DNA of 64,000 nucleotides from a virus, in the IMG/VR virus record IMGVR_UViG_3300025000_000065, positions 47,970 to 111,969 of that record. One strand, 5' to 3'. The notes below the pieces were generated by a model. It was not told where the DNA came from, made no database searches, and saw nothing but the letters and a program-made list of their open reading frames with translations. Below, one piece after another: positions 10,007-19,767 of the stretch (positions are counted from its first letter, which is position 1; every line of letters begins with the position of its first letter). A program made the translations under genes and the position numbers.

Positions 10007-10018
10007 ATATGATAGAAT
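9990..10018 (+). promoter_or_regulatory. Sigma70-type promoter (extended -10)
   Basis: TTTACA-17 nt-TAGAAT with TG extension, upstream of the MTase. Confidence 0.55.
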
Positions 10019-10049
10019 AGAAAAATAAATTATTAAAGGAGAAAATTAA

Positions 10050-10748
10050 TTGAAAAAAGAATTCAATAAAGTTTATAACATTGATTTCTTTGAAGGAATG
10101 TCTTCTATAAAAAATGATTTTATAGATTTATTACTTACAGATCCTCCATATGGAATAAACTTAACTCCTCAAAGACGAAATAGTAAATTTAAAAATACCA
10201 AAATAAAAAATGATAATAATTTAGATTGGTTAGAATCTTTTGTCAATGAATCTTATAGGATTATGAAAAATGCTGGATTTATTTTTTGTAATTGGCAAAA
10301 ATATGATATTTTCAAACAAGCATTTGAAAAAAAATTTATTATCAAAAACCTTATAGTTTGGGATAAGATGTGGTTTGGAATGGGAAATAACTTTAGACCC
10401 AATCATGAATTTATTATGCTTATATGTAAAACAAATATTACAATAAAATCAAATAATTTATCTAATATTTTATCTTTTAGAAGACTTCATCCATCTAAAA
10501 TGATTCATTCCTGCGAAAAGCCAGTTCCATTATTGCAATTATTAATTAATGAAACAACTAACGAAGAAGATATTATTTTAGATCCCTTTGCTGGAAGTGG
10601 AAGTTGTCTAGAGGCAAGCTTAAAAACAAAAAGAAAATTTATTGGATTTGATAATGGCAAAAATGAAAAAACCAATGAACATTGGGCTGATATAGCAAAT
10701 CAAAGATGTCTTAATGTAAAAATAAAAGGAGAAACAAATGAATTATAA
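10050..10748 (+). CDS. N6-adenine/N4-cytosine DNA methyltransferase (beta class)
   Basis: TDPPY precedes HSCEKP and DPFAGSG. Confidence 0.9.
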   Translation: MKKEFNKVYNIDFFEGMSSIKNDFIDLLLTDPPYGINLTPQRRNSKFKNTKIKNDNNLDWLESFVNESYRIMKNAGFIFCNWQKYDIFKQAFEKKFIIKNLIVWDKMWFGMGNNFRPNHEFIMLICKTNITIKSNNLSNILSFRRLHPSKMIHSCEKPVPLLQLLINETTNEEDIILDPFAGSGSCLEASLKTKRKFIGFDNGKNEKTNEHWADIANQRCLNVKIKGETNEL

Positions 10749-12459
10749 ATTGCTAAATAAAAATTATAAAGAAGAGTTAGAAAATAAAACAATTAAGGAA
10801 TTTATTTTATCTAACAGAAATATTGAAAATCCAAGTATCTATTTATCTCTTACAAAAGACAATGTTCATCATTATTCTTTATTAGAAAATATTGATAAAG
10901 CAAAAAATGTCTTGTTAGAAACAATAAAGAATAAAGGAAAAATCGGAATTATTGTGGATGTAGATGTAGACGGATTCTCTTCGGCATCTATTCTATATCA
11001 ATATCTTGCAAGAAATTATGATCAATCAAAATTGTCTTATTTTATTCATACTAAAAAACAACATGGTATTTCAGATTTGTTATCTCAAATATTAAAATCA
11101 AAAATTAATCTTTTAATTGTTCCAGATGCAGGAACAAACGACACTAAGGAATGTAAAATTCTTCAAGAAAAAAATATTCAAGTAATTGTATTAGACCATC
11201 ACCAGGTAGAAGAAGAAAATCCATATGCTATTGTTGTAAATAATCAACTTGGAAATTATCCCAATAAATATCTCAGTGGAGCAGGCGTAACTAAAAAATT
11301 CCTAGAAAGTTTAGATGATGAATTATGGGATGATTCAAGTGACTTTGATGATCTAGTTGCTATATCAATTATTGCAGATTCCATGTCCATATTAGAATAT
11401 GAAAACCGTTATCTGGTTACAAAGGGTTTAAAAAATATTAGAAATAAATTTATTCAAGCAATTATAGAAAAACAATCTTATTCAATTGGCAACACAGATA
11501 ATATCAATGTTAATATAGTTGCATTTTATATTTCTCCATTAATCAATGCTTTAATTAGATCGGGTTCTTTAGAAGAAAAAGAATTAATGTTCAGAGCTTT
11601 TATTAATGATCCAGAAACTTTTCCATATAAAAAACGAAGCGGAGAAGAAATTCAGGAAACAATGCAAGAAATGGTTGCCAGATTAGCAACTAATTTAAAA
11701 GCCAAACAGAATAGAGAAATTGATAAGTCTTTAGAATATTTACGTGGATTAATTGATAAGAACGAATGGAATAAAAACAAGATTTTATTTGTTGATGCTG
11801 ATGGAGTGGATTATAGTTTCACAGGATTAACAGCAATGAAACTTGCTTCAGAATATCAAAAGCCTTGTCTATTAATTAGAAAAAATAGGGACAATGTTTT
11901 TGCTGGATCTGCGAGAAATTATGGAAATCAAATTGAAAACCTTAAAGATTATTTATTGGAAACAGGGTATTTTGAATATGCTCAAGGGCATCCATCGAGT
12001 TTCGGATTAGGAATAAAAATTGAAAATATAAAACCTGCACTAGAAAAATTAAATGAACAATTGAAAGACATTAACTTTGGAGAATTTATTCATTATATTG
12101 ATTTTGAAATTAGCATAGAAAATTTAAGCGTTGAAATAATTAAAGATATGAATGAACTTTATGACTATTATGGAAATGGAATTGAAGAAAGTTTAGTGTT
12201 AGTAAAAAATATTCCAGTAAATACAACTAATATTGAACTTATGGGAAAAACAGAAGACACATGGAAATTCCTGTATAATAATGAAATTCAATTTATCAAA
12301 TTTAAAAACAATAAAGATGATGCTATTATGAAAGCAAGACAAAACGATTGGTCTGGAGCAAATTTAAAAATTAATGCTATCTGTAAATTAAGCATGAACG
12401 AATATGGTGGAGTTAGAATTCCTCAATGTATTGTTGTTGATTATGAAAGTATAGAATAG
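10738..12459 (+). CDS. recJ: RecJ-like ssDNA exonuclease (DHH family)
   Basis: DVDVDG, VPDAG, LDHH, SGAGV, GSAR and QGH. Confidence 0.9.
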   Translation: MNYKLLNKNYKEELENKTIKEFILSNRNIENPSIYLSLTKDNVHHYSLLENIDKAKNVLLETIKNKGKIGIIVDVDVDGFSSASILYQYLARNYDQSKLSYFIHTKKQHGISDLLSQILKSKINLLIVPDAGTNDTKECKILQEKNIQVIVLDHHQVEEENPYAIVVNNQLGNYPNKYLSGAGVTKKFLESLDDELWDDSSDFDDLVAISIIADSMSILEYENRYLVTKGLKNIRNKFIQAIIEKQSYSIGNTDNINVNIVAFYISPLINALIRSGSLEEKELMFRAFINDPETFPYKKRSGEEIQETMQEMVARLATNLKAKQNREIDKSLEYLRGLIDKNEWNKNKILFVDADGVDYSFTGLTAMKLASEYQKPCLLIRKNRDNVFAGSARNYGNQIENLKDYLLETGYFEYAQGHPSSFGLGIKIENIKPALEKLNEQLKDINFGEFIHYIDFEISIENLSVEIIKDMNELYDYYGNGIEESLVLVKNIPVNTTNIELMGKTEDTWKFLYNNEIQFIKFKNNKDDAIMKARQNDWSGANLKINAICKLSMNEYGGVRIPQCIVVDYESIE

Positions 12460-12466
12460 AATAAAT

Positions 12467-15070
12467 ATGATTACTAATTTTGAAAAAAAATATGTTTATG
12501 ATATTGAAGTATTTCCTAATTTTTTTTCTTCCATATTTTTAGATATAGATACTCAAGAAAAAGAAACTTTTATTATATTTCAAAAGAGAAATGATACTAA
12601 AGAATTATTCAATTTTTTAAACAGAAATATTCAAATAATAGGTTATAATAATATTTATTATGATGGTGCTATTTTATATTATATTCTTGAAAACATGGAA
12701 TTATCAATAGAAGATTTACTAACTAATATATTTAGAATATCTAGCAAATTAGTTTCTGATGATTTTAGATTTGATAAAGAGATTAGAGAATTACAATTTC
12801 CAGGAAAAGAGTTACCTTATTATCAATTGGATTTGATGAAGATACTCGCTTTTGATAAGTTAGGTATAAGTTTAAAGCAAACATCCATTAACTTAAAATG
12901 GCATAAGGTACAAGATCTTCCTTTAGAATATGATACCCTGATAAAAAAAGAACAAATTAACATTATACTAGATTATAACTTCAATGATGTTTTAATTACT
13001 TTCGAGTTATATAAAAAAATATTACCCTTAATCAATTTAAGAAAAGATTTAGGAGAAATATTTAAGGTTGATTTAAATAACGCTAGCGATAGCAAAATGG
13101 CTAATGTTTTATTAGAAGAGATTTATTCTAAAGAATTAAATTTAGATATAAATACCATTAAAAATTTACGAACAAAGAGAGATCAATTCATGTTATCTGA
13201 ATGTATATCAGATAAAATAGAGTTTAAGACAAATAAATTAAAGAAAATAAAACTAGAAATAGAGAATACTCTTGTTCGTAAAGACACTAATTATAGATAT
13301 AAAAAGCAAATAGAATTCGCAGGATGTAAATACGAATTAGGTATTGGAGGATTGCATAGTGTAGATGATGCTAGATTGTTTGAAACAGATGATAACTATC
13401 TAATACAAGACTGTGATGTTTCTAGTTATTATCCTAATATTATATTGAATGAAAAAATTATTCCTGAGCATTTAGATGAAGGATTTCTAAAGGTATTAGA
13501 CAAAATAACTAAGGAAAGATTAGAAGCTAAACACACAGGAGATAAAGTTAAAGCTGATGGTTTAAAAATCACAATCAATTCTATTTTTGGAAAATTAGGA
13601 AGTAATACTTTCTGGTTGGAAGATGCTAAAGCTATGATCAGTGTTACTTTATCTGGTCAATTATATTTATTAAGTTTAATAGAATCTCTAGTTTTAGAAG
13701 GAATACCTACCATATCTGCTAATACAGATGGTATAATTTGTAAAATACCAAAAAATCTAGAAAAAAAATATTATGAAGTATGTAAGCAATGGGAAAAAAG
13801 AACAAATTTTGAATTAGAGTACACTCCATATTCTTTATATATTAGGTCGGATGTTAATAATTATATTAGCAAAAAGACAGATAATGAAACAAAAGAAAAA
13901 GGAAGATATACAAAAGAGATAAGTATTAAAAAGGGCTATAAATATCCTATTGTTGCTGTAGCAATGTATGAATATTTTATTAATAAAAAACCAATTTTAG
14001 AAACGTATAAGGAATCTACTGATATTTTAGATTTTTGTATATCTCAAAAAGCTGGGGGAGATTTTCAAGTAGAATTTCATAAAAATGATAATATTGAATT
14101 TTTACAAAAAAATAATAGATTTTTTATTAGTAAAGATGGTGGAAAATTAATAAAAAGAAGAAAGTCAGATAATACTACAATTGGATTATTTGTAGATCAG
14201 CTAACTACAGTCATAAATGATTACGATAAAAATATATCAATTGATACTTATAATATAGATTATGACTTTTACGTAGAAGAAGCTTACAAATATATTAACG
14301 ATATTGAACTTAATAAAGATACAAAAATAGATTTTTCTATTAATGATATTAGTGAAGACGAAATTAAAATAGAAAAACCTGATCCCGAAATAGAAAAAAT
14401 ATTAAATAAACTAAACAAAATAAAAGGTTTGAGTACTGGAGTAGTTCAAAATTTGCTAATCATTCATAATAAGTTTAAATCTGGAAGTTTTTTAGACTTA
14501 TTAGTATTCGCAGAAGACAACTCTTATCTATCTACCAAATTTGAAGATCTAATAAAAATAAGATATTTTGAAGAATTTGGAAAAAACAAAAAACTATATG
14601 AATTTTATCAAGAATTTACTTCTGGTAAAAACAGATATTCCAAAACACACACAGATAAAACAAAAGAAAAAAGGATTTCTGAACTACAAAAAATATGGAA
14701 TGACATTCCCAATAAAAATTATTCAATTCAAGAACAAATAAAAAACGAATTAGAAATCTTAAACGAAATTCAAACTAACTTTCCAGTAAACAAAAACTAT
14801 GCAGTAGCAATAGAATTAGATTTAAAATATTCTCCAAAAATAGAATTTCAAAATCTCTTGACAGGAGAAAGAAAAACGTTTAAAATAAAGAGTAAGATTT
14901 ATAATGAATTTTCTATAAATAAAGGTGACATTTTATTGTTTAAAAAGGTTATAAAAAAGAATTCTATGACTAAAAACGAAGAAGGTAAATGGGTTCAAAT
15001 AGAAGATAAATTTGATTTATGGCTAGATGTATATTATATTATTAAAGAAAATGATAAATTATCGAAGTAA
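12467..15070 (+). CDS. DNA polymerase: 3'-5' exonuclease plus family-B-type palm, with a DnaE-like C-terminal extension
   Basis: YDIEVF (ExoI), GYNN.YYD (ExoII), YNFND (ExoIII), DVSSYYP (motif A), KITINSIFGK (motif B) and NTDG (motif C). Confidence 0.85.
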   Translation: MITNFEKKYVYDIEVFPNFFSSIFLDIDTQEKETFIIFQKRNDTKELFNFLNRNIQIIGYNNIYYDGAILYYILENMELSIEDLLTNIFRISSKLVSDDFRFDKEIRELQFPGKELPYYQLDLMKILAFDKLGISLKQTSINLKWHKVQDLPLEYDTLIKKEQINIILDYNFNDVLITFELYKKILPLINLRKDLGEIFKVDLNNASDSKMANVLLEEIYSKELNLDINTIKNLRTKRDQFMLSECISDKIEFKTNKLKKIKLEIENTLVRKDTNYRYKKQIEFAGCKYELGIGGLHSVDDARLFETDDNYLIQDCDVSSYYPNIILNEKIIPEHLDEGFLKVLDKITKERLEAKHTGDKVKADGLKITINSIFGKLGSNTFWLEDAKAMISVTLSGQLYLLSLIESLVLEGIPTISANTDGIICKIPKNLEKKYYEVCKQWEKRTNFELEYTPYSLYIRSDVNNYISKKTDNETKEKGRYTKEISIKKGYKYPIVAVAMYEYFINKKPILETYKESTDILDFCISQKAGGDFQVEFHKNDNIEFLQKNNRFFISKDGGKLIKRRKSDNTTIGLFVDQLTTVINDYDKNISIDTYNIDYDFYVEEAYKYINDIELNKDTKIDFSINDISEDEIKIEKPDPEIEKILNKLNKIKGLSTGVVQNLLIIHNKFKSGSFLDLLVFAEDNSYLSTKFEDLIKIRYFEEFGKNKKLYEFYQEFTSGKNRYSKTHTDKTKEKRISELQKIWNDIPNKNYSIQEQIKNELEILNEIQTNFPVNKNYAVAIELDLKYSPKIEFQNLLTGERKTFKIKSKIYNEFSINKGDILLFKKVIKKNSMTKNEEGKWVQIEDKFDLWLDVYYIIKENDKLSK

Positions 15071-15096
15071 GACTGATATAGAAACGGAGATAATTC

Positions 15097-17442
15097 TTGA
15101 AAGAATTCAAAATAAAACACTACAAGGAAGAAGAGGATTTATTGTCTGTGATTTACAATAATAAAAAATCGGATTTACCAATAGATTTTGATCAAGTATA
15201 TGAATTTACAGGATTTTCAACTCATGAAAGATTTTATTCTGATGATTCATCATGGGGTGTTTATACTTTTAATTCAGAAATAGAACTGCCTACTTCCATT
15301 ATTATTAATGATATAAATATTTTTTCTACAAAAGAAGATGACAAAATTCTATATCAGGTAACTCTACGTGGAAAAATGCAACAATTAGATCCTTTTTCTA
15401 ATGTTCCATATAAAGTAAAAGCTAAGTTATCCAATCATTCAAAATGGGGATATGGATTTGAAGTTATCAGTATTTCTCAAGATACTCCAAAAACCGTTGA
15501 AGATACTGGACTATTTTTAAAATCAATTTTAACAGAAAATCAAACCAATATACTTTTAGAGATTTATCCTGATATTGTAGATATGGTTATAAATAATCCT
15601 AATGTTGATTCAGAAATTGATTTGAATAAACTCAATGGAATTAAAGAATTTACCTGGAAAATTATAAAAAATAAAATTTTAGATAATTATTTAATGGCAG
15701 ATGTATTATCACTTTTATCACCATATGGTATTTCACAAAAAAGAATTAAACAACTTTTCAATGAAGAGGCAAACCCATATTTATTAAAAGAAAAATTATT
15801 GAACGATCCATATATAATTACTGAAATAGATGGTATTGGATTTAAAACTGCTGATGCAATTTCATTAAAAATAAATCCAAGTTTATTGATTTCCGAACAA
15901 AGAACAAGAGGATTTGTTAAAGATTATTTAAAAAATATTGGAGAAGAAAGAGGCGATACCTGGATTTATTTAAGTGAATTAGATTCCGCTATTAAAGAAA
16001 ATGTTCTTGAGACAGAAATATTGTATAACGAATTTATCGAATCTGAAAAACAACATGAAACCATTCTCCACATTGAAAAAGATGAAGAAAAAAATGATTA
16101 TAAAGTAGGCTTTCATTATTACTATTGGATTGAAAGTGAAATATGGGATAAAATAATTGCTTCTAATAAAGAAGAACCTTTATGGATCAACCAAGAACAT
16201 ATTGATAATGGAATTAAAGAAGCAGAAAAAGAACAAGGTTTTACTTTTACTGAAGAACAAAAACAAGCAATTATAAACATGACTAAAAATAATTTTAATA
16301 CTTTGTCATCTCCGGCAGGTTGTGGAAAATCAACCATATCTAGGGGTATATTAAAAATATATCAAAAGGCAGGATATTCTATAAATTGTGCTACGCTATC
16401 CGCAAAAGCAGCGATTAGATTAAATGAAACAACTGGATTTCCAAGTCAAACAATACATCGACTTTTAGAAGCCCGACCAGGAGGAGTATTCGGGCGCAAT
16501 CGTAATTTAAAGCTATCAGAAGGAGTGTTCTTAATTGATGAATGCTCAATGATTAATTCTTATTTATTCAAAAAATTATTTGAAGCAATTTCAGAAAATT
16601 CTAAAATTATTCTTGTAGGAGATAACTACCAGGTCAGCCCAATAGGGTATGGAAATACTTTTGAAGATATACTAAAAAAAGATTTTTTACAAAACAATAA
16701 ATTAACTAAAATACTTAGACAGGCTGCAAAAAGTGGAATTATTAGTGATTCCAATAAAATAAGACAAGGAATATCGCCTTTTATAAAAAAAGAACCCAAA
16801 ATGGTCAGGGGAGAATTACAAGATATTTTTTATATATTTAGAGACAATCGAGAATCATTAAATAAAATAGCCATCAATAGTTTTATGAAATCTTTAGAAG
16901 AAGGGAGATCCATTGATGACATCGTTATTTTAGTTCCAAGAAAAAAAGATGTAATCAATTCCACTCAAGAAATAAATAAAAAAATACAATCTATATTAAT
17001 GAAAAATGAAACAAGATTTATTGATTATGGAAATTCAAAATATTATTTTGGAGATAAGGTAATTCATATAAAAAATAATTATGATAAAAATGTAATGAAT
17101 GGAGAAATGGGAAGAATAATATCTATTTATAAAAACAATGATAAGCAAGATTGTATCTTGGTGGATTTTGGGGATAAAGAAATTGAATATACAAAAAGAG
17201 ATATGAAAGAATTAGATTTAGGTTATTCTCTCACAGCATATAAATTCCAAGGATCACAATCTTTAGATGTTATTACAATTATTGATAATACTCATTTTAT
17301 GTTATTAAGTAAAAACTATCTCTACACCGCAATAACCAGATCAATCAGCCGTTGTTTACTTCTCGCAGAACCATATGCATTTGATATGTGTATAAAAACA
17401 GATAGAACATCAACTAGAAACACTTGGATGAAAGGATTTTAA
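15097..17442 (+). CDS. RecD2-like SF1B helicase
   Basis: GIGFKTAD (HhH), PAGCGKS, TIHRLL, IDECSM, LVGD..Q, KFQGSQ and LYTAITR. Confidence 0.9.
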   Translation: MKEFKIKHYKEEEDLLSVIYNNKKSDLPIDFDQVYEFTGFSTHERFYSDDSSWGVYTFNSEIELPTSIIINDINIFSTKEDDKILYQVTLRGKMQQLDPFSNVPYKVKAKLSNHSKWGYGFEVISISQDTPKTVEDTGLFLKSILTENQTNILLEIYPDIVDMVINNPNVDSEIDLNKLNGIKEFTWKIIKNKILDNYLMADVLSLLSPYGISQKRIKQLFNEEANPYLLKEKLLNDPYIITEIDGIGFKTADAISLKINPSLLISEQRTRGFVKDYLKNIGEERGDTWIYLSELDSAIKENVLETEILYNEFIESEKQHETILHIEKDEEKNDYKVGFHYYYWIESEIWDKIIASNKEEPLWINQEHIDNGIKEAEKEQGFTFTEEQKQAIINMTKNNFNTLSSPAGCGKSTISRGILKIYQKAGYSINCATLSAKAAIRLNETTGFPSQTIHRLLEARPGGVFGRNRNLKLSEGVFLIDECSMINSYLFKKLFEAISENSKIILVGDNYQVSPIGYGNTFEDILKKDFLQNNKLTKILRQAAKSGIISDSNKIRQGISPFIKKEPKMVRGELQDIFYIFRDNRESLNKIAINSFMKSLEEGRSIDDIVILVPRKKDVINSTQEINKKIQSILMKNETRFIDYGNSKYYFGDKVIHIKNNYDKNVMNGEMGRIISIYKNNDKQDCILVDFGDKEIEYTKRDMKELDLGYSLTAYKFQGSQSLDVITIIDNTHFMLLSKNYLYTAITRSISRCLLLAEPYAFDMCIKTDRTSTRNTWMKGF

Positions 17443-17505
17443 GTTTTCTTTAACATTTCAAACCTTAAAAAACATAAAACTTAAAGAAATTTTAACATTC
17501 AAACA

Positions 17506-17534
17506 TTGACTAAAATAAACTTACGTGATAAAAT
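17506..17534 (+). promoter_or_regulatory. Sigma70-type promoter (extended -10)
   Basis: TTGACT-17 nt-TAAAAT with TG extension, upstream of the nucleotide-metabolism operon. Confidence 0.7.
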
Positions 17535-17575
17535 AAAATTCCATTTGCCAAACAAAGGAGATACTATATAAATAA

Positions 17576-18574
17576 ATGATTATAAAATCAGAATTAGAAC
17601 CACTAGACTATGATGATGTTTTATTAGTACCAGAACAATCATGTATTAAAAGTAGAAAAGATGTAAATATTTTTGTTACAGATAAAAAATATATGCCTAT
17701 TTTTTCTGCCCCAATGAAAGGAATTAGCAGTGTTCCATTCATAAAGGAATTGAGTAAATTAGGTGGAATTGGCATACTTCATAGATTCTTTTCTACTGAA
17801 GCTGAAAGATTAGAATCGATCATACAACTAAAAGAAACTAAAAATTACGGTATTGCCATTGGAATAAATCAATGGAAAAAAGAACTTACTTATGTTAAAT
17901 TGGCAATTGGCAATGGAGCAAGATTTATTTGTATTGATACTGCTACTGGTCATATGCAAAGAACCATAGATTCTGTTTATTCATTAAATGAATATAGAAA
18001 AGAAAGTGGATTAAATTTTGAAATTATTTCTGGAAATGTTGCCACATATGAGGGATCTTTTCATTTAGCTAAAGCAGGTAGTGATTTTATTAGAGTTGGC
18101 ATCGGTTCAGGGGGAGTTTGTGCCACTCGCAATGTCACATCTGTAGGAGTTCCAGATTTAACAGCAATTCAAGATTGTTCCAGTATAAAAAATCTTTATC
18201 CAAATGTAAAAATTATTGCTGATGGTGGGATAAAAAATTCTGGAAACGTAATAAAGGCTTTTGTGTTTGGTGCTGACTATGTAATGATAGGAAGTTTATT
18301 TGGGAAAAGTAAGGAATCTAATAATGGAGGTATATTACATGGAATGAGTTCTTATAAATTGCAAAATGAAATGGGGAAACACTTAAAATCCAATGAGGGA
18401 TTAGTAATACAAATACCCCAAGAAGAAATTAGACCATTGAAAGAAATATATGAAGAGTTTATATGGGGAGTTAAATCTGGTTTGTCATATCTTGATTGTT
18501 CAGATATTAATGAGTTACATAATCAAGAAGTGACATATATTAAAACAGGAAATGGAACTTTAAAAAAATTATGA
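17576..18574 (+). CDS. IMP dehydrogenase / GMP reductase family (no CBS domains)
   Basis: YDDVLLVP, DTATGH, GNVAT, GIGSGGVCATR (catalytic Cys), IADGGIK and GMSS. Confidence 0.85.
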   Translation: MIIKSELEPLDYDDVLLVPEQSCIKSRKDVNIFVTDKKYMPIFSAPMKGISSVPFIKELSKLGGIGILHRFFSTEAERLESIIQLKETKNYGIAIGINQWKKELTYVKLAIGNGARFICIDTATGHMQRTIDSVYSLNEYRKESGLNFEIISGNVATYEGSFHLAKAGSDFIRVGIGSGGVCATRNVTSVGVPDLTAIQDCSSIKNLYPNVKIIADGGIKNSGNVIKAFVFGADYVMIGSLFGKSKESNNGGILHGMSSYKLQNEMGKHLKSNEGLVIQIPQEEIRPLKEIYEEFIWGVKSGLSYLDCSDINELHNQEVTYIKTGNGTLKKL

Positions 18575-19176
18575 CAGAAAAAGAAATAATTATTGGAGTT
18601 GATTGTGATGATGTTGTTATCAATTTAGTTCCTAATTGGGTTAAAATGTATAATGAAGATTATGATGATAATTTGGATATTCAAAATATAACCGAATGGA
18701 AAATTGATAAGTTTGTAAAATGTGGTAATGATATTTATGATTATATTCATCCAACACCAGAATTCCTATTTAATATTTATGATTATTGTGAACCAATTGA
18801 AGGAGCACTTGATGGGATAAAGTCTCTAAGAAAAATTGGATTTAGAATCATATATGTTACAGCAAGCAATAAAATGGATTTTAAATATCAATGGTTAGAA
18901 AAATACGGATTCTTAGATAAACGAGAAAACTTCGTTCAGGCTTTTGATAAAAATTTAATTAATATAAATTTTCTTATTGATGACAGTTGGGAAAACGTTC
19001 AAAGTTTTATTAAAAATCCTAATAAAAGCGCAATTTTATTTAATGCACCCTGGAATACTTCAAAACAAGATAATTATAAAGAGGTCGATCATAGATATAC
19101 TAGAATGAATAATTGGTATGAAATTGTAGATAGTTTTACCTGGTTGAGCAAACAAATAGAAGGAATTTTAGGATGA
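18571..19176 (+). CDS. 5'(3')-deoxyribonucleotidase (HAD/NT5C family)
   Basis: GVDCDDVV, YVTA, LIDD and FNAPWN. Confidence 0.85.
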   Translation: MTEKEIIIGVDCDDVVINLVPNWVKMYNEDYDDNLDIQNITEWKIDKFVKCGNDIYDYIHPTPEFLFNIYDYCEPIEGALDGIKSLRKIGFRIIYVTASNKMDFKYQWLEKYGFLDKRENFVQAFDKNLININFLIDDSWENVQSFIKNPNKSAILFNAPWNTSKQDNYKEVDHRYTRMNNWYEIVDSFTWLSKQIEGILG

Positions 19177-19712
19177 AAGTAATAACTTTTTCTGGAAAAG
19201 CACAACATGGAAAAGACACGACAGCAAAATATGTAAAAGAAGTTCTTGAATCTTATGGCAAAAGAGTTGTTATTTTACATTTTGCAGATTATTTAAAGTA
19301 TGTTTGTAAAGAATATTTCAATTGGAATGGAATTAAGGATGAAAAAGGAAGAACCATTTTACAAAGGGTGGGAACTGATTTAGCCAGAAAAAATAATCCT
19401 GATATTTGGGTTAATGTAATATTAGATTTTATACTTGCTTTTAAAACAGAATTTGATTATTTTTTAGTTCCAGATTGTAGATTTCCAAATGAAATAAATT
19501 TGCTAAAAGTAAAATATTATTCAACCTATTCAGTGATAGTTAAAAGAACTAATTTTGATAATGGGTTAACAGAATTACAAAAATCACATCCTTCTGAAAC
19601 CGCTTTAGATAACTATAGATTTGACATTATGATTTTAAATGAAGAAGGATTGGATTGTGTAAAAAAGAACGCCATAGAAATTTCTAGAATAATGGAATTA
19701 CGTTCTGAGTAA
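19173..19712 (+). CDS. Deoxynucleoside monophosphate kinase
   Basis: SGKAQHGKDT, FADYLK, R.ILQ.VGTD, PDCRFPNE and HPSETALD. Confidence 0.85.
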   Translation: MKVITFSGKAQHGKDTTAKYVKEVLESYGKRVVILHFADYLKYVCKEYFNWNGIKDEKGRTILQRVGTDLARKNNPDIWVNVILDFILAFKTEFDYFLVPDCRFPNEINLLKVKYYSTYSVIVKRTNFDNGLTELQKSHPSETALDNYRFDIMILNEEGLDCVKKNAIEISRIMELRSE

Positions 19713-19767
19713 GAATTAGAACATGGATTTTTTTAATATTAATATTATTTTATTTAAGGAGGTATGA

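Noticed and set aside
17449-17505. ttaacatt(t)caaac repeated twice upstream of the 17506 promoter
   Set aside because: Only two imperfect AT-rich copies; could be an operator but cannot be distinguished from chance.
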